This document shows, piece after piece, positions 10,631 through 19,761 of a stretch of DNA of 64,000 nucleotides (position 1 is its first letter; every line of letters starts with the position of its first letter). The position numbers were made by a program, and so were the translations under genes. This DNA is from an uncultured Halomonas sp. (lineage in GTDB: Bacteria > Pseudomonadota > Gammaproteobacteria > Pseudomonadales > Halomonadaceae), in assembly GCA_947493865.1 (NCBI GenBank), contig CANLTC010000017.1:5241-69240 (forward strand). Reading direction: 5' to 3'. The notes beneath the pieces were generated by a model. It saw only the letters and a list, made by a program, of their open reading frames with translations. It ran no database searches and was not told the origin of the DNA.

Positions 10631-10772
10631 GCTTCGTCTGAAAAGTCAGCGAGCGAAGTCTAGGCAAGGCAAAAATTGGCGAAAGAGCGGAGTTTACGCG
10701 GTGTAAATGAGCATCTTGAGCCAATTTTTAACGCCGCATGGACGAGCGCAGGTACTTTTCGGACAAAGCCTA
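10628..10772 (+). repeat. Family-B structured MITE-like repeat, copy B1
   Basis: The termini taggcttcgtctgaaaagt and acttttcggacaaagccta are inverted repeats. The internal stem pairs 10669-10680 with 10720-10729. Conserved boxes are shared with 55806-55988 and 59682-59826. Confidence 0.85.
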
Positions 10773-10823
10773 AGCCATAATGGCGCCCGGTTGCAGCCCC
10801 CGCTGCCATCGGGAAATCAATAC

Positions 10824-10853
10824 CAGTCGGGCTTCCCTCGGGAAGCCCGACTG
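10824..10853 (+). terminator. Perfect 13-bp-stem hairpin (possible weak terminator or attenuator)
   Basis: The sequence is cagtcgggcttcc ctcg ggaagcccgactg followed by cttt. It lies between the symporter gene and the next ORF. The U-tract is weak. Confidence 0.4.
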
Positions 10854-10872
10854 CTTTGGAGACGTTCGATTC

Positions 10873-11388
10873 ATGATATGGCATTTGATTGCAGCGGCCT
10901 TCGCGGGCTTGGGGGCGGCTGGTATAGGACTACTGCTACGATTCATCAGTGGCAAACGCGTGCCACGCTGGGTGGTGCCGGTTCTTGCAGGCCTGGGTAT
11001 GCTGGCCTATCAGATTCATTACGAATACACCTGGTTCGACAATAAACGAGCGCAGCTACCGGAATCGGCAACGGTGGTTTCCATAGAGAAACAGCAGATG
11101 CTCTGGCGACCCTGGACCTATCTGTTTCCGTTGACCACCGCCTTCGATGTCGTCGATCAAGACAGCCTGACAAGAACCGACGTCGATGGGGAGCCCGTGG
11201 CAGAGTTCATTCTCTACCAGTTTGAAAAGAGCTATCAGGATCTGGTGACACATCAGGCACACCTGATCAATTGCGCCACTCGGGAAAAACTACCGCTAAT
11301 GGGCGAAGGCCGTGAGCCCGACGTAGCCAGAATGCAGAATATCGATCCTTCCACGCCCTTGTTCAAGACAGTCTGCCCCGATACGTAA
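10873..11388 (+). CDS. Hypothetical membrane protein (two N-terminal TM helices plus ~120-aa soluble domain)
   Basis: 171 aa from ATG 10873 (MIWHLIAAAFAGLGAAGIGLLL...). I recognise no family. The ORF track start at 10780 would run through the hairpin. Confidence 0.6.
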   Translation: MIWHLIAAAFAGLGAAGIGLLLRFISGKRVPRWVVPVLAGLGMLAYQIHYEYTWFDNKRAQLPESATVVSIEKQQMLWRPWTYLFPLTTAFDVVDQDSLTRTDVDGEPVAEFILYQFEKSYQDLVTHQAHLINCATREKLPLMGEGREPDVARMQNIDPSTPLFKTVCPDT

Positions 11389-11436
11389 CATCTCCTCCTG
11401 CATTGCCCTAGAATGAGCGCAGACAAGGGAGGAAAC

Positions 11437-14400
11437 ATGTTTCAAGGCTGGCTGTTGATCGTCATTTCGTTACTCTATATCGCCACCCTTTTCTTCATTG
11501 CCTGGCGTGGCGATCGCCGTGCGCGGCTACTGGGCGCGGCCCAACGACGGCCTGTCATCTACAGCCTGGCGCTGGCGATCTATTGCACCTCCTGGACCTT
11601 CTACGGGGCCGTCGGCCAGGCCGCTACCTCGGGCTGGTCTTTCGCCAGCATCTTTGTCGGCCCGATACTGACCTTTGCCTTGTTCTGGCCGGTGCTGGCC
11701 AAGATGATTCGCGTTGCCAAACGCCAGAACGTCACCTCTATCGCCGACTTCATCGCCTCACGCTACGGCAAGACCCAATCCCTTGCCGCCTTTGCCAGCC
11801 TTGTGGCATTGGTTGGCACCCTGCCCTACATAGCCTTGCAGCTGAAAGCCGTTGCGACCTCGTTTAACGTGCTGACGGCCTCCTCGGACATGACCCGGGC
11901 GCCGCTGTTTGCCGATACCGCCTTCTATGTGGCGGCGGTCATGGCCATTTTCGCGATCTTGTTCGGCACCCGGCACACGGATGCGACCGAGCATCACGAG
12001 GGGCTGATTCAGGCCATCGCCTTCGAGTCCGTGGTCAAGCTGTTCGCCTTTCTGGTGCTGGGTGCCTACGTCACCTGGGGCATGTTCGATGGTCTGGGCG
12101 ATCTGCTGGGGCGTGCGGACAACTTCCTCGCGCTGCAGCGCCAACTGAGCGAGCAGGACTTTGGCCGGGGCTTCTGGGCACAGACCTTGTTAGCCATGCT
12201 GGCGATTTTCTGTCTGCCGCGTCAGTTTCACGTCATGGTGGTCGAAAATACTCACCCCGACGATGCCGCTCGCGCGCGCTGGTTATTTCCCCTCTATCTC
12301 GTTGCCATCGGCTTTTTCGTATTACCGATAGCCGCCGCCGGGTTGACGATGTTTCCCGAGAGCAGGATTTCACCCGACATCTACATGCTGGCGCTGCCCA
12401 TCGCCGCCAACAACGAGTTCTTGACGCTACTGACCTTCATCGGAGGCTTTTCTGCCGCAACGGGTATGGTCATCGTCGCCGCCGTTGCCGTATCGATCAT
12501 GGTTTCCAATGAAATCGTCATTCCGCTGCTCTTTCGCCTTCGCTGGTTCGATACCAAGGCGAAAGACTATGGCCGCCTGGTACTGCGAGCCCGACGTATC
12601 ACCATTGTGGTCATCCTGGCCTTGGCCTACGGCTTCTATAAGCTGACCGCGGAATTCAGCTCTCTTGCCTCCACCGGCATGCTCTCCTTTGCCGCCGCGG
12701 CACAATTCGCACCGGCTTTACTCGGGGGACTCTACTGGAAACGCGGCAATCGTCTTGGCGTCATTGCCGGCATGAATGTCGGCTTTGCAGTATGGGCCTA
12801 CGCGCTGCTGTTACCGACCCTGGTCAATGCCGGTGTGGTTCCTCACTCCTGGCTTACCCTGAGCCCGTTGGGTATCGACTGGCTGTCACCGACACATTTG
12901 TTTGGTTTCAACATCGGCGATCCGTTCACCCACGGCGTGATGCTGTCCCTGGGACTCAACCTGTTCGGCTACATCTTCATCTCTCAGATCACCTCCCAGC
13001 GTGTGGTGGAGCGGATTCAGGCCTCGTTGTTCGTCGATAGTGTCGAAACCCGCCAGACGTCGGTGAACCGCCCCTGGACCGGCGCCACCACCGTGGACGA
13101 TCTGCGGGTACTTTGTGAGCGCTTCCTGGGCGCCAATCAGGTGCGTGATGCTTTCGACGATTACGCAAGACGAAACGGCCAGCAGCTGGAATACAACGCG
13201 CGAGCCTCGATCGATGTCATTCAATTCACCGAGCGGCTGCTGGCATCGGTGCTTGGCGCATCCTCGGCGCGCATCGTCGTCAATTCGGCCCTGCAGGGGC
13301 GCGGCATCGGCATTTCGGATGTCATCTCCATCGTCGATGAAGCGTCCCAGGTACTGGAGTTCAACCGAGCCTTGCTTCAGGCCACCATCGAGAACATCAA
13401 TCAGGGCATCAGCGTGGTGGATCAGAACCTGCGCCTGGTGGTATGGAACCAGCGCTATCTGGAGCTGTTCCGCTTTCCCGATCACCTGATTCGCGTCGGC
13501 GCCTCGATGGCCAAGATCTTTCGCTACAACGCCCACAACGGCGAGTACGGCCCGGGAGACCCGGAAGAGCATGTCGAGCTATTGCTCGACAACATCAGGA
13601 AAGGCCAGCCGCATCGCTACATCCGTTATCGTCAGGATGGCAGCGTACTTGACGTTCAAGGCAATCCCATGCCCGGCGGCGGCTTCGTGTATAGCTATCA
13701 GGATGTCACCCAGCAAAAGCGCACCGAAGAAGCGCTGATTCGCTCCGAGAACAATATCCGTATCTATACCGACAACGTGCCGGCCCTGATCGCCTATTTC
13801 GACAGGGAGTGTCGCTATCTTTTCACCAACCGGGCCTATGAACAGACCTTCAACATCGGCCGCGCAAGCGTCATCGGCAAGCGTACGGAGGAAGTGCTCT
13901 CTCCGGACATCGCGCGGGACCGCGCCCCCTGGATGGAACGAACCCTGAACGGCGAGCGGGTCAGCTTCGAGATTTCTCTGGATGACGGCGATGGCGGCGT
14001 TCGCTATATGCTGGTCACCTATACGCCCCACTTCGGCGACAGCGATAGCATTCTCGGCTTCTTTGCGCTCTATCAGGACATTACCGAGCGCCGTCTGGCT
14101 GAAATCGCGCTGCAGGAAACCAATGAGAATCTCGAAGAGCGCGTTCGCGAGCGCACCCAGGCGCTGTCCAAGGCCAATGCCGCACTGCGCCAGGAAAACC
14201 AGGTACGCGCCGAAGCCGAACAGGCACTACGCCAGGCCAAGCAGACCGCGGAGACGGCCAACGCCTCGAAAACCCGCTTCCTGGCGGCGGCCAGTCATGA
14301 CCTGCTGCAACCGCTCAATGCCGCGCGGCTATTCGTATCGGCGCTTTCCCAGCAAGAGGATGCGGAGGATCTCAAGCGCACCGTTGGCCACATCGACAAT

Positions 14401-15387
14401 TCCCTGCAGGCCGCTGAAGAGCTTTTGAGTACGCTGCTCGATATTTCCAAATTGGACGCCGGCGCCCTCACTCCCAGACGCGCGCATTTTCCCCTGGCTA
14501 ATATCTTTCGCCCATTGCGGGCAGAGTTCGAGTTGATGGCCGAAGAGCGAGGACTTGATCTTGTCGTGGTGGCGACGGATACCTGGGTCGATAGTGACGC
14601 CCAGATGCTGCGGCGCATCCTGCAGAACTTTCTCGCCAACGCACTGCGCTATACGCAATACGGCCGCGTGCTATTGGGCTGCCGGCGCCACGGCCAGCAC
14701 CTGTCCGTCGAGGTCTGGGACACAGGCCCGGGGATTCCCGAGTCCAAACAAGCCGAGATATTTCAGGAGTTCCGCCGCCTGGACCAGGCCTCCCGCCACA
14801 AGGAGAGCGAAAAGGGACTGGGATTGGGTCTCTCCATCGCCGATCGTATGAGCCGTGTTCTTGATCATCCCATTCGAGTGCGCTCCTGGGAGGGAGCTGG
14901 AACCCTCTTTTCGGTGGAGGTACCCCGAGTGTCTGCCCTGGAGATTCCCGCCACCAGGGATGATGCCCCCAAACGACGCACCAGCAATAAACTGGCTGGC
15001 ACCCGGATCATCTGTATCGACAATGAAACGCTGATTCTGGAAGGCATGAAAGCGATGCTATCCGGCTGGGGCTGCGAGGTATTTACGGCCACCTCGATTG
15101 GTGGCGCCAAGTCGATTCTGCGTCATTTGGAAGAAGATCCGGATGCGATACTCGCCGACTATCACCTGGATAACGAGGTCACGGGGCTGATGGCGCTGGA
15201 AGCATTGGATGAGCGCTTTCGAGAATCGATACCCGGCATCGTGATTACTGCGGACCGCACCGAAGAGGTCGCGGAAGAGATCAAGCGGGCGGGCTATCAC
15301 CTGCTGTTGAAGCCGGTACGCCCCGCCGCCCTGCGCGCTCTACTGACCCGCACGCTGCAGGCCAGTCGCGCCACGCGCACCTCTTGA
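11437..15387 (+). CDS. crbS: CrbS-like hybrid sensor kinase (SSS-like N-terminal transporter domain + PAS + HisKA/HATPase + receiver)
   Basis: It has an N-terminal ~13-TM SSS-like domain, PAS regions, the H-box AAASHDLLQPLNAARLF, a G-box WDTGPGIP and a C-terminal REC domain (ILADYHLD). A strong Shine-Dalgarno site AGGGAGG precedes ATG 11437. Confidence 0.85.
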   Translation: MFQGWLLIVISLLYIATLFFIAWRGDRRARLLGAAQRRPVIYSLALAIYCTSWTFYGAVGQAATSGWSFASIFVGPILTFALFWPVLAKMIRVAKRQNVTSIADFIASRYGKTQSLAAFASLVALVGTLPYIALQLKAVATSFNVLTASSDMTRAPLFADTAFYVAAVMAIFAILFGTRHTDATEHHEGLIQAIAFESVVKLFAFLVLGAYVTWGMFDGLGDLLGRADNFLALQRQLSEQDFGRGFWAQTLLAMLAIFCLPRQFHVMVVENTHPDDAARARWLFPLYLVAIGFFVLPIAAAGLTMFPESRISPDIYMLALPIAANNEFLTLLTFIGGFSAATGMVIVAAVAVSIMVSNEIVIPLLFRLRWFDTKAKDYGRLVLRARRITIVVILALAYGFYKLTAEFSSLASTGMLSFAAAAQFAPALLGGLYWKRGNRLGVIAGMNVGFAVWAYALLLPTLVNAGVVPHSWLTLSPLGIDWLSPTHLFGFNIGDPFTHGVMLSLGLNLFGYIFISQITSQRVVERIQASLFVDSVETRQTSVNRPWTGATTVDDLRVLCERFLGANQVRDAFDDYARRNGQQLEYNARASIDVIQFTERLLASVLGASSARIVVNSALQGRGIGISDVISIVDEASQVLEFNRALLQATIENINQGISVVDQNLRLVVWNQRYLELFRFPDHLIRVGASMAKIFRYNAHNGEYGPGDPEEHVELLLDNIRKGQPHRYIRYRQDGSVLDVQGNPMPGGGFVYSYQDVTQQKRTEEALIRSENNIRIYTDNVPALIAYFDRECRYLFTNRAYEQTFNIGRASVIGKRTEEVLSPDIARDRAPWMERTLNGERVSFEISLDDGDGGVRYMLVTYTPHFGDSDSILGFFALYQDITERRLAEIALQETNENLEERVRERTQALSKANAALRQENQVRAEAEQALRQAKQTAETANASKTRFLAAASHDLLQPLNAARLFVSALSQQEDAEDLKRTVGHIDNSLQAAEELLSTLLDISKLDAGALTPRRAHFPLANIFRPLRAEFELMAEERGLDLVVVATDTWVDSDAQMLRRILQNFLANALRYTQYGRVLLGCRRHGQHLSVEVWDTGPGIPESKQAEIFQEFRRLDQASRHKESEKGLGLGLSIADRMSRVLDHPIRVRSWEGAGTLFSVEVPRVSALEIPATRDDAPKRRTSNKLAGTRIICIDNETLILEGMKAMLSGWGCEVFTATSIGGAKSILRHLEEDPDAILADYHLDNEVTGLMALEALDERFRESIPGIVITADRTEEVAEEIKRAGYHLLLKPVRPAALRALLTRTLQASRATRTS

Positions 15388-15408
15388 ACGGCATCAGCGA
15401 TAGTGACG

Positions 15409-15454
15409 AAAAAGCCCAGGGCAATGCTCTTTTGAACGCGCTTTACCCTGGGCT
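15409..15454 (-). terminator. Putative terminator after the crbR-like gene
   Basis: Stem agcccaggg/ccctgggct with a large loop, followed by a T-run on the minus strand. It lies in the convergent crbS/crbR gap. Confidence 0.35.
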
Positions 15455-15476
15455 CAACTTGTGGCGTTTTAGTCTT

Positions 15477-16139
15477 TCAGGACTCGACCTTTGGCGGCTC
15501 GACTTCGAGCTTCTGGGCCGCAATGACCGCCTGAGTGCGCGAATGCACGCCTAGCTTGCGTAAAATGGCAGTTACATGGGCCTTGATGGTGGCCTCGGAG
15601 ACGCTCAGCTCATAGGCGATCTGCTTGTTGAGCAACCCTTCCGTGAGCATGTTGAGCACGCGAAACTGCTGTGGGGTAAGCGAGGCGATCGCTTCGGCAA
15701 AACGGGTCTCTTCTTCGTTGGTTTCCCCGAGGGTGGCAGCCAGTGCTTCCGGTAGCCAGATTTCACCGTCGAGAATTTCGCCGACGGCTTGGGAGATCAT
15801 CGCCAGGGAGGAGGATTTGGGGATGAAACCAGACGCACCATAGTCGATGGCCCGACGCACCACATAGGGTTCGTCACTGCCTGAGACCACGGCGACAGGA
15901 ATATCCGGGGTCTGCCCACGCAATTGAATCAAACCGGAAAACCCGTGCGCGCCGGGCATGTGTAGATCCAGCAGGATCAGATCCGCATCGGGATGGCGCG
16001 TTACCACCTCGGTGGTCGCCTCCATGGTGTCTGCTTCGACGATTTCAGCTTGGGAAGCAACTTGGCGCAAGGCTTGCGTTAACGCCGCACGGAACAGCGG
16101 GTGGTCATCGGCAACTATGAATTTCTGGGCAAAGGCCAT
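15477..16139 (-). CDS. crbR: LuxR/FixJ-family response regulator (CrbR-like)
   Basis: It has a REC domain (FIVADDHPLFR ... LILLDLHMPG) and a C-terminal LuxR HTH (LTPQQFRVLNMLTEGLLNKQIAYELSVSEATIKAHV). The ATG at 16139 is preceded by GGAGAGG. Confidence 0.85.
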   Translation of the reverse strand: MAFAQKFIVADDHPLFRAALTQALRQVASQAEIVEADTMEATTEVVTRHPDADLILLDLHMPGAHGFSGLIQLRGQTPDIPVAVVSGSDEPYVVRRAIDYGASGFIPKSSSLAMISQAVGEILDGEIWLPEALAATLGETNEEETRFAEAIASLTPQQFRVLNMLTEGLLNKQIAYELSVSEATIKAHVTAILRKLGVHSRTQAVIAAQKLEVEPPKVES

Positions 16140-16294
16140 TAAGTCCTCTCCGGTTCCCTGCACTGGCTTGCACTAGGGTGGTGCGTCATGCGTCACGACG
16201 CCAATTGTATTCACTATTCTCTTACACCATGTTACCCCATGCCGGAGCCGATTCCCAAGCGCTGCGCACTATCGATGAACATCCTGGATAGTCA

Positions 16295-16321
16295 TAAAAA
16301 AACCGGCTCCGAAGAGCCGGT
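16295..16321 (-). terminator. Rho-independent terminator of acs
   Basis: Hairpin accggctc cgaa gagccggt. The flanking A-run on the plus strand corresponds to a T-run on the minus strand just downstream of the acs stop. Confidence 0.7.
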
Positions 16322-16354
16322 CACTGAAGATGATGAGCAGCCTGAACGCCAGGT

Positions 16355-18304
16355 TCACCGGTTGGCGCGATTCTCGATCAGGTCATCGACCACGCTTGGA
16401 TCCGCCAGGGTACTGGTATCCCCCAGACCATCCGTTTCGTTGGCCGCGATCTTGCGCAGAATGCGCCGCATGATCTTGCCTGAACGGGTCTTGGGTAGCC
16501 CCGGAGACCACTGAATGACATCCGGCGAAGCGATGGGGCCGATATCCTTGCGCACCCACTGGACGAGCTCTTTCTTGAGCTCATCGCTGGGCTCGTAGTC
16601 ATCGCCAAGGGTGACATAGATATAGATTCCCTGGCCCTTGAGATCATGCGGGTATCCCACCACTGCGGCCTCGGCCACCGCTTTATGAGCGACAAGGGAG
16701 GATTCGATCTCGGCAGTACCCATGCGGTGGCCGGACACGTTGATCACATCATCGACCCGGCCGGTGATCCAGTAGTAGCCATCTTCATCCCGACGACAGC
16801 CATCGCCGGTGAAGTACATGCCCTTGTAGGCGGAGAAATAGGTCTGGACGAAACGCTCGTGGTTATTCCAGATGGAGCGTGCCTGAGCCGGCCAGGAATC
16901 GAGAATGACCAGATTGCCATCGGCGGCCCCCTCGAGAATCTCGCCTTCATTGTTTACCAGGGCAGGCTGAACGCCGAAGAATGGCAACGTGGCTGAACCG
17001 GGCTTGAGATCGATGGCGCCGGGCAAGGGCGAAATCATGATGGCGCCGGTTTCGGTCTGCCACCAGGTGTCGACGATGGGGCATCGGGAGTTGCCGATCA
17101 CCCGGTAGAACCAATCCCAGGCTTCCGGGTTGATGGGTTCGCCTACGGATCCGAGTACTCGCAGGCTGTCGCGTTTGCTCGATTCCATGACCTTGTCGCC
17201 ATGGGCCATCAGCGCCCGAATGGCGGTGGGTGACGTGTACAGGATCGCCACCTTGTGCTTGTCGATGATTTCTCCAATGCGGCCATGGGAGGGGTAGCTG
17301 GGCACCCCTTCGAACATCAGCGTTATGGCGCCATTTGCCAGGGGTCCGTAGACGATATAGCTATGACCCGTGACCCAGCCCACATCGGCACTGCACCAGT
17401 AAACCTCACCTTCCTGATAATCGAAGACATATTTATGGGTCATGGCGGCCTGAAGCAGGTAGCCACCGGTGGTGTGCTTGAGCCCCTTCGGCGCGCCGGT
17501 AGACCCGGAGGTATACAGGATGAAAAGCGGATCCTCTGCGTTCATCGTCTCGGGGGCGCACTCCGTGGACTGTTGCTCGACCTGCTCGTGGTACCAGAGG
17601 TCACGCCCGCCGTGCCACTCGGTTTCGCCACCGGTACGCTTGACCACCAGAACGTTGACGACCACATCGGTACCGTCCCGGGTCATGGCCGCATCGACGT
17701 TGTCCTTGAGGGGAACTCGCTTGCCACCGCGCACCGACTCATCGGCGGTAATGATCAGCTTCGACTGGGCATCGACGACTCGCTGCGCCAGGGCGTCCGG
17801 CGAGAAGCCGCCGAACACCACCGAATGAATCGCACCGATACGAGCGCAGGCAAGCATCGCCATGGCCGCTTCGGGAATCATCGGCATGTACAGGGTCACG
17901 ACATCGCCCTTGCCCACCCCTAGTGCCTTGTAGGCGTTGGCCAACTGACAGGTCTGCTCATGCAACTGGCGGTAGGTCAGGGTCTTGCTTTCATTGGGGT
18001 CGTCGCCTTCCCAGATGATGGCGGGCTGGTCACCCCGCTTTTCAAGATGACGATCGAGACAGTTGGCGCTGACGTTGAGTTCACCGTCCTCGAACCAGCG
18101 GATATCGACGTTGTCGGCATCAAAGACAGTGTGCTTGATCTTCGTCGGGGCCTTGATCCACTCCAGCTGCTTGGCCTGCTCTTCCCAGAATGACTCGGGG
18201 TCGTCCACCGACTGCTGATACATGCGCTGATACGTTTCCTTGTCCGCCCAGGCGTTGGCGGCGAAATCCTTACCCACGGAATGGACTTTTTGCTGTTCAG
18301 TCAT
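16355..18304 (-). CDS. acs: Acetyl-CoA synthetase
   Basis: 649 aa with the AMP-binding motif [11 protein letters not shown] and the C-terminal [17 protein letters not shown] motif that contains the regulatory lysine. Confidence 0.97.
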   Translation of the reverse strand: MTEQQKVHSVGKDFAANAWADKETYQRMYQQSVDDPESFWEEQAKQLEWIKAPTKIKHTVFDADNVDIRWFEDGELNVSANCLDRHLEKRGDQPAIIWEGDDPNESKTLTYRQLHEQTCQLANAYKALGVGKGDVVTLYMPMIPEAAMAMLACARIGAIHSVVFGGFSPDALAQRVVDAQSKLIITADESVRGGKRVPLKDNVDAAMTRDGTDVVVNVLVVKRTGGETEWHGGRDLWYHEQVEQQSTECAPETMNAEDPLFILYTSGSTGAPKGLKHTTGGYLLQAAMTHKYVFDYQEGEVYWCSADVGWVTGHSYIVYGPLANGAITLMFEGVPSYPSHGRIGEIIDKHKVAILYTSPTAIRALMAHGDKVMESSKRDSLRVLGSVGEPINPEAWDWFYRVIGNSRCPIVDTWWQTETGAIMISPLPGAIDLKPGSATLPFFGVQPALVNNEGEILEGAADGNLVILDSWPAQARSIWNNHERFVQTYFSAYKGMYFTGDGCRRDEDGYYWITGRVDDVINVSGHRMGTAEIESSLVAHKAVAEAAVVGYPHDLKGQGIYIYVTLGDDYEPSDELKKELVQWVRKDIGPIASPDVIQWSPGLPKTRSGKIMRRILRKIAANETDGLGDTSTLADPSVVDDLIENRANR

Positions 18305-18471
18305 GTTGGAGCCTCTGTACCCTGTCGGGTATCTTGGGATGTGCCTGTACCGACCCGATGGCCGAGTCGACGCTTACAATGTCCTTTCAGCATATACCCA
18401 GTGGGGGCACCCTCCCCTATTAGACCTTCGTAGAAACTTTTTCTTATTTAAATTCAAAGGCTTGCACTGGC

Positions 18472-19035
18472 TCAAATTACCTTTTCAGAACACAAGACCA
18501 ACCTTTGCCGGCATTGACGGCAAACGTAATGCTTACCAGCATGAGCCAGCCTATGTCGTCGAACGCTGAAGTGGTGGCTTTGGCACCCACATTCGTAACG
18601 GTACGGGGCCGGGCTGGCCCCTCGGGTATCGAACATATGGGTCACCTTCGGCTCGAGCCCATACAGTCGACGCATCACGCTGCGCCACTCCCGACCATGA
18701 GGCGGCATGCGTTCACCCTCTTCGAGATGATGAACGAGCCAGTGGGCCATTTCATGCGGAATGACATCGACAAAATAAGCCAGGCGATTCTCTGCCAGCA
18801 GCACAGGATTGAAGCGCAGTCCCTGACGCCCAAAATGTGCCTGCCCCGCGCATTTCCCGCGCAGATCGAGCCATACTTTCGGCAGCGGCAGCGCCGGGTA
18901 AACCTCCCGGGCAAGCTGCCAGGCAGCCTCGACCCGCTGATGGACGCGGGCATGCAGCGCCGCCTTGTCGAGAGCCGCCAGCTCAGCAGCGCTTGGAGTG
19001 GAAAGCGCCGGCTTGGAAAGCGTTGGTGTGGTCAT
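18472..19035 (-). CDS. sprT: SprT family zinc metalloprotease-like protein
   Basis: 187 aa with an HEMAHW zinc motif and a C-terminal Cys-rich segment (YECGCQ ... YVCRQCRQ). Confidence 0.8.
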   Translation of the reverse strand: MTTPTLSKPALSTPSAAELAALDKAALHARVHQRVEAAWQLAREVYPALPLPKVWLDLRGKCAGQAHFGRQGLRFNPVLLAENRLAYFVDVIPHEMAHWLVHHLEEGERMPPHGREWRSVMRRLYGLEPKVTHMFDTRGASPAPYRYECGCQSHHFSVRRHRLAHAGKHYVCRQCRQRLVLCSEKVI

Positions 19036-19102
19036 GAAATGCTAGAATGCCTTGTTGCGCCGCTTACAGATAAGCTCAATTCTCTCTTTTCCGGAAAACT
19101 CC

Positions 19103-19750
19103 ATGCAAGAGACACCTCTCCCCCAACCATTGCTCGATGACGATGAACTAGACCGGCTCGACGACTTCCTCGACTCCGAGCGAGTCGATGCGGATGCTCT
19201 GGACACTATATCCGCTCACGGTTTCTTGGTCGCCCTGGCGGTATCGCCTCGTGAGATACCCTCGGCAACCTGGATCGGCGAATTGTTTCATGGCGAACCG
19301 AGTTTTAGTGACGATGCCGAGCGTGATGACATCCTTGGTTTACTGGAACGGCTCAAAAACAACGCCATAGAAGCCTTCGAACACGGCCACTTGCCGGAAT
19401 TGCCTTTTGAACTCGAACTGCAGGGTACCGCCCCGGAGGAAACCCCCATCGGCGACTGGTGTGCAGGCTTCATGGAGGGGGTATTTCTCGATGAGAGCGC
19501 CTGGTTCAAAGACGACGAGGAAAGTACTGCCACCTTGCTGCTTCCTTTCATGGCCTTGTCGGGCTTGTTCGACGAGGAACCGGATATGGCCGAACTCTCT
19601 CGCGATCCCGTTCAGGCGGAACGCCTCGTTCGGCAGCTGCCGGAACTGGTACTCGATCTTTATCTACACTTTCGCGTACCGCCCGCGGCACCCAAACCGA
19701 CCCCCCGCAAGAAGCGCCCAGCCGGGCCTGGCAGCAAGCAGCGCCGATAA
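19103..19750 (+). CDS. UPF0149 (YgfB/YecA N-terminal-like) family protein
   Basis: Acidic protein starting MQETPLPQPLLDDDELDRLDDFLDSE, which is typical of UPF0149. I chose the start at ATG 19103. Confidence 0.7.
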   Translation: MQETPLPQPLLDDDELDRLDDFLDSERVDADALDTISAHGFLVALAVSPREIPSATWIGELFHGEPSFSDDAERDDILGLLERLKNNAIEAFEHGHLPELPFELELQGTAPEETPIGDWCAGFMEGVFLDESAWFKDDEESTATLLLPFMALSGLFDEEPDMAELSRDPVQAERLVRQLPELVLDLYLHFRVPPAAPKPTPRKKRPAGPGSKQRR

Positions 19751-19761
19751 TGCCCGCCAAT

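Noticed and set aside
10660-10884. Small ORFs running through the B-family repeats (also within 55484-55990 and the frame across 59700-59826) encode a shared peptide resembling HAALKI.S.YSFTPRKLR.F.DFC.
   Set aside because: The similarity follows from nucleotide-level repeat conservation. The copies have no conserved start codon or Shine-Dalgarno site, and their stops differ. The substitutions are compensatory for DNA/RNA stems rather than synonymous, so the repeats are most likely non-coding.
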